Program-made: the position numbers and the translations under genes
Shown: piece by piece, positions 57,578 through 64,000 of the stretch
How the letters are laid out: each line of letters begins with the position of its first letter
How positions within the stretch are numbered: position 1 is the first letter of the stretch
Notes under the pieces: generated by a model
What the model saw: only the letters and a program-made list of their open reading frames with translations
What the model was told of the DNA's origin: nothing
Database searches by the model: none
Assembly: GCA_031082315.1 (NCBI GenBank)
Contig: JAVHLC010000002.1
Location: 147,362 to 211,361, forward strand
DNA length: 64,000 nt
Direction of reading: 5' to 3'
Source of the DNA: Thermodesulfobacteriota bacterium
GTDB taxonomy: Bacteria; Desulfobacterota; QYQD01

Positions 57578-58859
57578 TTTACATCCGAAAACTCCGGTTT
57601 ACTGGATGCAGCGGTCAGCAGTCAGCTATCAGCTTTCAGCTTAAGCTGTTGTTTGTCTTATTTTTTACTGACGGCTAAACGCTAAAATCCCCCTCAATCC
57701 CCCTTTTCCGAAGGGGGAAGTGTCTCTCCTCCCTTTGAAAAGGGAGGTTGGGAGAGATTTAAGAATACTCTCTCAACCAACTAAAATGACACAAGAGAGG
57801 CGCTTGCAAAACTGCTTGTCATCCCCGAATGCCTCTATCGGGGATATGGTTTTTAAGGCAGTTAGAACCAGATTACCGCTCAGAATCGCTACGGGAATGA
57901 CAGAATGGAGGCTTTTGCAAGAAACTCTCAATTTATTGATATTCTTATTTTCTCTGTGTGCTCTATGGTTAATCCTCCCCCCCGCCGGTCCCGATTTTTT
58001 TCCTCAATCGCCGGTCCGCATCTATTATTTGCCTTACATCATCACCAGTTATCTCCCAGGAATACTTTCCCTTCGCATCGCGCCTCAGACGTATGCGGAG
58101 TTTGCTGTCGGCCTTGGATTGTTTTCCGTCACGTTTGGATATTTCATTTGAAAATCCCCCTGTATCCCCCTTTCCCAAAGGGGAACCTAACATATTCCCC
58201 CCCTTACTAAAGGGGGACGAGGGGGGATTATTCTCATCGGCCTTCGCTGATGGGCCTGCAATGGGATTGGCCCTCTCGTCTGAAGGGCTGCAATTAAAAC
58301 TAGCCAGTGACAGGAGGAGGATTATACCTATATGTGCCAATAACCTTAGCATGTTCCTGTGGCCAACTCCTGGGGCATACATATCGTTTATTATCGGTAA
58401 GGATGCCGGTGGACTGAAATATCTGCTAGCTTTCAACAGCCCGAAATGCTACAGGTTCTTAGATTTGGAACTCAGAAACTCATGAAGAAAAATGCGTTCT
58501 ATTCCTGATTTCTTGATTTCCAGATTCATTTAAGTGAGCCTCTTACAAAACTCCATTTTTTGTCATTCCCGCAACGCTTTTGAGCGGGAATCTGGTTTTT
58601 AAACCCGTATCCGTCCCCGAGTGCCTGTATCGGGGATAAAGGCATTCGGGGATGACAGACAATAGAATCGCTCGGAGATGTTTGGATTACCCACTTGAAA
58701 TGAGAAAGAACCTAAAAATATGTTTTTTTTCTTTGCGCCCTTTGCGCCTTTGCGGTGAAAGGAGAAAATCAATTTTATATTGGCAAAAAGGGAAGTTAGG
58801 GCTATCTTGTACGCATTTTTGAAACAGGATAACCCATTTTAAAGGGGGGCAAGGCACGG

Positions 58860-60617
58860 GTGAACGTCTTATTTTATCTTCTAATCAGTCTTATAGCTTT
58901 TTTTCTGGCTTACAGGTTCTATGCCGGACGCATTGAACGCATTCTTGGCGCCAGCGATGAAAATGAGCCGCCGGCAGTTGCCTATTATAACGGTATAGAC
59001 TATGTGCCTACAAAACCTTCCGTTGTATTCTCCCATCATTTCGCCTCCATAGCCGGGGCCGGCCCTGTTATCGGCCCGGTGGTGGCCTTAGTTTATGGTT
59101 TTGCCCCGGCCTGGGTATGGATCGTGGCCGGTACAGTTTTCTTCGGCGCCGTGCATGATTATACGGCCCTCTTTGTCAGTATGCGCGAAAAGGGGCGCTC
59201 TATGGCGGAAGTGGCCCGCATATCCATGGGTAATGCCGGTTTTGTGCTGTTTATTCTTTTTACTCTTACTATGGTCTTCCTGGTGACCGGCGCCTTTCTC
59301 AGACTCACGGCCACGGCCTTGACCTCGGTAGTTGACCTTGATGTGATCGGGTTGGATAAAAACCAGACCATTCTGCGCACGGTGACGGATGCAGGAACAG
59401 GGACGGTGCAAGGGGCTATCGGGGGTATTGCCTCTACCTCAGTTATCGTTATTACCTTCATGGCCCCTGCAATCGGGTATCTGCTTTATAAGAAAAAGAT
59501 TAAGCCAGGCCTGGCTGCCGTATTGGCCTCTTCCGTATGCCTTTTTTCCGTGCTGACAGGCTTTAAATATCCTTTGAGCCTTTCGCCTGACCACTGGATG
59601 CTCATTCTTTCCTTGTATGCCCTGGTAGCCGCGGGAGTTCCGGTCTGGATCATCCTTCAGCCACGGGACTATATTAACTCTTTCATCCTTTATGCCGGGA
59701 TCGTGCTTCTTACCGTGGCTATCGCCATAGGAGGGTTTTCAGGCCTGGCCGTCGGCGCGCCGTTAATAAACGTGGAGATGGGCGCAGCAAAACTTGGTTT
59801 GATGTGGCCGGTTCTTTTCATCACCGTGGCCTGCGGGGCCATATCCGGGTTTCATGCCCTGGTGTGCGGCGGCACCACTTCCAAACAGTGCGCCTCTGAG
59901 AGTGACGCTAAAAAGATAGGCTATGGCGCTATGCTGCTGGAAGGACTTCTGGCGGTCATTGTCCTGGTGGTGGTAGCCAGCAGCCTGACCCATAGCGATT
60001 ATCTACGCATCGTCTTCCCGGATGACCCCGGCGCGCGCAGCAACCCCGTGCTGGCCTTTGCCCTGGCCACCGGCCGGATCATGCATGGTTCTCTAAACAT
60101 GCCGGTTTATCTGGGGACTATCTTCGGTATCCTGCTGGTAGAGGGATTCCTGGCCACTACCCTGGATACGGCGGTGCGGTTGAACCGCTATCTTTTCGAG
60201 GAGTTATGGGGGGTTATATTTAAGCGAGTCCCCCGGCTTTTAAGGTCGTATCTCTTTAATGCCGGACTGTCCGTGGTCATAATGTATGCCCTGGCCTATA
60301 AACAGGCGTTTTTTATCCTGTGGCCGGTTTTTGGCACGGCCAACCAGCTCCTGGCCGGGCTGACGCTTATAGCGGTTAGTATCTGGTTTATGCGCCAGGG
60401 TAAAAAAGTCGGCCTTATCACCCTGATCCCGGCCTCATTCATGATGATTACCACCATCTTTTCGCTTTTTTATCTTTTACTTAAGAAGGACGGTTACCTG
60501 GTCACGGGAAACTATGTGCTGGCCCTTGCCGATCTTTGTCTTATAGCGCTGGCCATAGGCGTGGTATTTGTGGCTATGCGGACGAAGCTTGACAGGGTAC
60601 CTCAAAAAGAATATTAA
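58860..60617 (+). CDS. cstA: Carbon starvation protein CstA-family transporter
   Basis: 585 aa, polytopic; conserved N-terminus FSHHFASIAGAGPVIGPVVAL...VHDY. Confidence 0.85.
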   Translation: MNVLFYLLISLIAFFLAYRFYAGRIERILGASDENEPPAVAYYNGIDYVPTKPSVVFSHHFASIAGAGPVIGPVVALVYGFAPAWVWIVAGTVFFGAVHDYTALFVSMREKGRSMAEVARISMGNAGFVLFILFTLTMVFLVTGAFLRLTATALTSVVDLDVIGLDKNQTILRTVTDAGTGTVQGAIGGIASTSVIVITFMAPAIGYLLYKKKIKPGLAAVLASSVCLFSVLTGFKYPLSLSPDHWMLILSLYALVAAGVPVWIILQPRDYINSFILYAGIVLLTVAIAIGGFSGLAVGAPLINVEMGAAKLGLMWPVLFITVACGAISGFHALVCGGTTSKQCASESDAKKIGYGAMLLEGLLAVIVLVVVASSLTHSDYLRIVFPDDPGARSNPVLAFALATGRIMHGSLNMPVYLGTIFGILLVEGFLATTLDTAVRLNRYLFEELWGVIFKRVPRLLRSYLFNAGLSVVIMYALAYKQAFFILWPVFGTANQLLAGLTLIAVSIWFMRQGKKVGLITLIPASFMMITTIFSLFYLLLKKDGYLVTGNYVLALADLCLIALAIGVVFVAMRTKLDRVPQKEY

Positions 60618-60647
60618 TTAGTTCCCATCCGAAAAGTCAAAATTTTC

Positions 60648-60850
60648 GGATGGAGCGGTCAGCATTCAGCTATCGGCATGAAGCCGGTCCACCGTTCACT
60701 GTTGACCGTTTACCGAAAGAAAATGTCGAACAACGGTTAACGGATAACAAACATGCTGACGGCTGAATGCTGACCGCTGAGAGCTTTCATTCGGAAACGG
60801 TAGTTTTCGGATGAACACTAATCTGCCGTCAGCTATCAGCCTTCTTGCCC
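60648..60850. repeat. Second copy of the ~180-bp palindromic element (see 28878-29058) flanked by GCTGA heptamer arrays
   Basis: Shared sequence blocks with 28878-29058. Confidence 0.55.
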
Positions 60851-60890
60851 GTCAGAGACGGACGGCTACAGGGGGACAGGACACAAGGGA

Positions 60891-62096
60891 ATGAATGCCT
60901 CCAGAAAAAGCGAGAATTATCTTTTTCTTTGTGTCTTTGTGTCCTTGTGGCTAAATTTTCTCTTTTTTATCCCTCATTTTTCTTCCTCTCTTAGTTACGC
61001 CCAGGCCGGACCTTTTCCAAAGGACAAGATAGTCTATGTAGGCCAGATTACACAGGACGAAGAGGGAAAATTTATTTCCTATCCCTCTTATGTCTATGTG
61101 GACCCTGTTAAGCGCGAGGTTTATATTATTGAAGGCCGGGGCCGCATTTTGATCTACAATGCCAGTTTTTTCCCCTTATTTACATTAGATAAGAACTACG
61201 GCATTGAGAGCCCGCAGGGGGTGATGATAGACGCCCGCGGCTATCTATGGGTAGCGCAGGGGGCGGGACCGAATAACCGGCGCGGCCGTATCTCGCTCTT
61301 TGACCCTTGTCTTAAATGGATGCGGGACATATATTTTAGCGGGTTTATAGGGGCGGAGGAATTTATCCCGTATCGATTAGCTGAAAATAGCCGCGGGGAA
61401 ATATTTGTTATCGGCACTTACAGCCCGGCAGTCGTCATCCTGGACAGTTTCGGTAATTTTCAGGGGACTTTTTTTCAGGAGGAAGAGGGGGAAGGCCAGA
61501 AGAAGAGGGTGGCGGTCAATGATGTCCTGATCGGCCCGGACGACCGCTTATATCTGTTAAGTGAAGAGACCAGCCATGTCTATGTCTATGATGCCGACCG
61601 TAATTTCCTCTTTAAATTCGGTCAGAAGGGCGGCAGCACCGGCAAGATGAGCCGGCCGCAGGGCATCGGGCTGGACAAACGGACCGGGATTTTTTTTATC
61701 GTCGATTACATGCGCCATGTGGTGACGGCTTATGACCGCAAGGGCGGGTTTATATTTGAATTTGGCGGCTTAGGATGGGGAGAGGGATGGCTGCAATATC
61801 CCAAGGACATCACGGTGGATGAAACCGGTCGGGTTTTTATAGCCGATTTGTTTAATAACCGTGTGCAGGTGTTACAGGTTATAGAGCAGGTTTTACCGGA
61901 AAAAGCGGCAGAGGAAGTAGAACCGGTAGGGCCGGAAGGGGTCGAGGTCCCCGGAGAACAGGTTAAGGCGCCGGAGCCGGCCGGAGCCGTAGAAAGTAAG
62001 GGCGTAACATCCATACCGCCGGTGCCGATAAGCGAGACAGAGCCTAAAAAGAGTGAACGCATGGAAACCGGCACGGAAGGGGAAGCAGGCAAATAA
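60891..62096 (+). CDS. NHL-repeat beta-propeller protein (secreted/lipoprotein-like) with acidic Pro/Glu-rich C-terminal tail
   Basis: Repeated NHL-type blades (PQGIGLDKRTGIFFIVDYMRHVVTAYD; PKDITVDETGRVFIADLFNNRVQVLQV). Confidence 0.7.
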   Translation: MNASRKSENYLFLCVFVSLWLNFLFFIPHFSSSLSYAQAGPFPKDKIVYVGQITQDEEGKFISYPSYVYVDPVKREVYIIEGRGRILIYNASFFPLFTLDKNYGIESPQGVMIDARGYLWVAQGAGPNNRRGRISLFDPCLKWMRDIYFSGFIGAEEFIPYRLAENSRGEIFVIGTYSPAVVILDSFGNFQGTFFQEEEGEGQKKRVAVNDVLIGPDDRLYLLSEETSHVYVYDADRNFLFKFGQKGGSTGKMSRPQGIGLDKRTGIFFIVDYMRHVVTAYDRKGGFIFEFGGLGWGEGWLQYPKDITVDETGRVFIADLFNNRVQVLQVIEQVLPEKAAEEVEPVGPEGVEVPGEQVKAPEPAGAVESKGVTSIPPVPISETEPKKSERMETGTEGEAGK

Positions 62097-62261
62097 GAGC
62101 TGGGTGATAGTTCAAAGCTGAAAGCTGGAAGGCTCAAGGCAAAAAGTAATGACCGGTTCAAATGGATTTTGGAAAAACATTTTTAAAACTAATGTTATAG
62201 GCACAATCTGCCGATAAAATAAATGGTAAGGTTCAAACTCTGAGGGGCTTTATCTAATCAG

Positions 62262-63440
62262 ATGAAAGATACCTTAATCACACTTGCAATATGTATCTTC
62301 TTGACCACAAATCCGGTATATGCCGGGACTTATCTTGATTCAGCCCACGGGAATACCTCTTACGGTGTAAGCCGAACGAGCACTTCCTCCGTCTATACCA
62401 AGGGGCACTGCGCCCACTGCCATGAGCAGCACGCCAGTATTGAGGGTGTGGAACCAGACCCTACCGGCGGGCCTGATAAATGGCTGGTCTTCACCACCCT
62501 GTATACTGATCAGGATACCGGGCTCTGTCTCAGCTGCCACGCCGGCAGTTCCAGCCAGGTAGGCATGCCCAACCAATACACCTTCAGTTACAAATTCGGA
62601 GGGGACACCAGTCTTACCTGTCCAAGCAGCATCGCACAGGCGTTCAGCTTTATCACAGAAGGCGGCGTGCCCCAATCAACCTGCGGCTCCACCACGGGCT
62701 CTTCGCATCAGCTGACGGCAGTGAGAACGTTTTTGAAGAGCAAGTGGGGATTCGGCGCCACAAACCCCAAGGTGAATCCGTGCTCCGGGTGCCACAATCC
62801 GCACAGGGCGCAGAGGCATAGCTACCCGTCGGGGAGCGCAGGCACGTCTCCGCTATCCCGGCCCACCACGCATGACGGTGACTGGAATGTGTACGGCGCC
62901 GCCACGAACGAACGGATGAGCAACTACGTCTATCAGGCCCCTTACTCTTCCGGTTCCGCAACGACCTATGAGCCTGACGGTACGGTTACCTTGGACGGAT
63001 CCAATATGCCGGATTATGTGACGTTTTGTACGGACTGCCACAATGCCTCTTACAGCACCGGCCAGATGACAAGCTCGCAGAAATCCCAGTTCGCAACCGT
63101 CGGTGCACAGCCGTACATCAGGAGCCCGAACTGGACTACATCCCCGCACGGGCAGGCCGATGCCAGTATGGACGCCACGAAAAGAAAGGCTCCCTACACA
63201 GCAGACAAGAATTATGTCCTTTCCTGTACTGATTGCCACGAGGCCCATGGCAGCCCCAACCGCATGCTCATCCGCAAGGAAATAAACGGCTCAAGCGTCG
63301 TGACCTTTGATACCTGGAATGATCGAGACGGCTGGTTCACGGTCTGCCAGCGCTGTCACACCATCGACAGCGGCCACAAGGGCTCCAATCCGTGCTATGT
63401 GTGCCATCAGCACGACACAAGCTGGTTCAAACCTATCTAA
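62262..63440 (+). CDS. Heptaheme c-type cytochrome (7 CXXCH in 392 aa; low heme density, Ser/Thr/Gly-rich; extracellular-type)
   Basis: CAHCH, CLSCH, CSGCH, CTDCH, CTDCH, CQRCH, CYVCH; signal peptide; immediately upstream of an OmcS-like gene. Confidence 0.8.
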   Translation: MKDTLITLAICIFLTTNPVYAGTYLDSAHGNTSYGVSRTSTSSVYTKGHCAHCHEQHASIEGVEPDPTGGPDKWLVFTTLYTDQDTGLCLSCHAGSSSQVGMPNQYTFSYKFGGDTSLTCPSSIAQAFSFITEGGVPQSTCGSTTGSSHQLTAVRTFLKSKWGFGATNPKVNPCSGCHNPHRAQRHSYPSGSAGTSPLSRPTTHDGDWNVYGAATNERMSNYVYQAPYSSGSATTYEPDGTVTLDGSNMPDYVTFCTDCHNASYSTGQMTSSQKSQFATVGAQPYIRSPNWTTSPHGQADASMDATKRKAPYTADKNYVLSCTDCHEAHGSPNRMLIRKEINGSSVVTFDTWNDRDGWFTVCQRCHTIDSGHKGSNPCYVCHQHDTSWFKPI

Positions 63441-63522
63441 AGAGGGGAGACAATGGCAAGATTATCGCTCTATATAGGGTTTGGGAAATTTTAAAATAAA
63501 TATTCAAGAGACGGTCCGTTCC

Positions 63523-64000
63523 ATGGAACTCAAGCGGCATAACGTAAAAATACTACAAATAATCATTATATATATTGCGGCATTGATCGTAGTAATCCCA
63601 AATCTATCCCACGCCAAGGTCACCGGCGTCTGTTACAACTGTCATACCATGCACAACAGCCAGGGCGGCGCGTCCATGGCCCAGGAATATTCTTCCGGGA
63701 GCGGCGGGTTGACAGGGGATTCCAGCCCAAACCCGTGTCTGCTGTCTTATGACTGCGTTGGTTGTCATTTTTCCAGTACGGCCAATACCATTGTAAGTAA
63801 TACCCCCGTAGTTCTGAATAGCGCCGCCCCTGCTTCTCCTCTGGCGGGGGGTAATTTTTATTGGGCTGTGAATACTGGCGATAAATATGGTCACAATGTG
63901 TATGGAATTAAGGCTCAGGAAGGCTCGCCGATGGATGCACCTCCGGGCTTCAAGGCAAGTGCTGGCACGCCCAGTGGCTACGGAACCGGGCCGGCCTCAT
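63523..64000 (+). CDS. OmcS-family multiheme cytochrome, paralog 3 (partial; runs off window end)
   Basis: Signal peptide, then KVTGVCYNCHTMHNSQGGAS, CVGCH, GGNFYWAVNTGDKYGHNVYG (parallel to GGNFYWVTVSDGNGHNVF in paralog 1). Confidence 0.75.
   Translation, partial: MELKRHNVKILQIIIIYIAALIVVIPNLSHAKVTGVCYNCHTMHNSQGGASMAQEYSSGSGGLTGDSSPNPCLLSYDCVGCHFSSTANTIVSNTPVVLNSAAPASPLAGGNFYWAVNTGDKYGHNVYGIKAQEGSPMDAPPGFKASAGTPSGYGTGPAS

Noticed and set aside
57969-58436. 155-aa - strand ORF
   Set aside because: Reads through the G/C-run palindromic repeat (PPSSPFSKGG...GKGDTGGF) and through flanking low-complexity sequence; no RBS; most likely spurious.

Overview
This 64-kb window looks like a Desulfobacterota (Geobacter-like) chromosome, with genes on both strands at about 50-55% GC. 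Calls rest on motifs read by eye from the supplied ORF translations; no database searches were run. Main content: (1) a chemotaxis operon (STAS-cheY-cheA-MCP-cheW-cheR, minus strand) whose MCP carries a periplasmic CXXCH heme-c motif; (2) an extracellular electron-transfer gene set: at least three OmcS-family cytochrome paralogs (7703-8872 +, 26225-27322 -, 63523->64000 +), a 7-heme cytochrome (62262-63440), and two tandem dodecaheme GSU1996-like cytochromes (23761-25564 -) directly followed by System II cytochrome c biogenesis genes resB and ccsA; (3) a low-GC-flanked minus-strand defense-type island (14.6-20.3 kb) encoding a 772-aa PD-ExK + DGQHR (DndB-like) fusion protein, a Dam-family N6-adenine methyltransferase overlapping it by 4 nt, a Schlafen/AlbA_2-type ATPase, a Pol-beta nucleotidyltransferase and a small partner; the ATPase and nucleotidyltransferase genes are each preceded by the same 41-nt leader with a 6-codon uORF. 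I rank the PD-ExK/DGQHR + Dam pair as the best candidate for an undescribed restriction-modification-like system. (4) Housekeeping genes (prfC, an ABC-F translation factor, lepA, lepB, ssb, hemA, a ccsA-like gene, sirC, ppaC, nagZ, an M16 peptidase, cstA, ROK kinase, MFS, tRNA-Asn); (5) an IS30-family element, a hicAB toxin-antitoxin pair, and two paralogous outer-membrane beta-barrel genes with identical 5' regions. The intergenic space is crowded with several families of short palindromic and heptanucleotide (period 7) tandem repeats. prfC and the ABC-F gene share a ~100-bp module made of a consensus sigma70 promoter followed by a terminator-like hairpin plus U-run.
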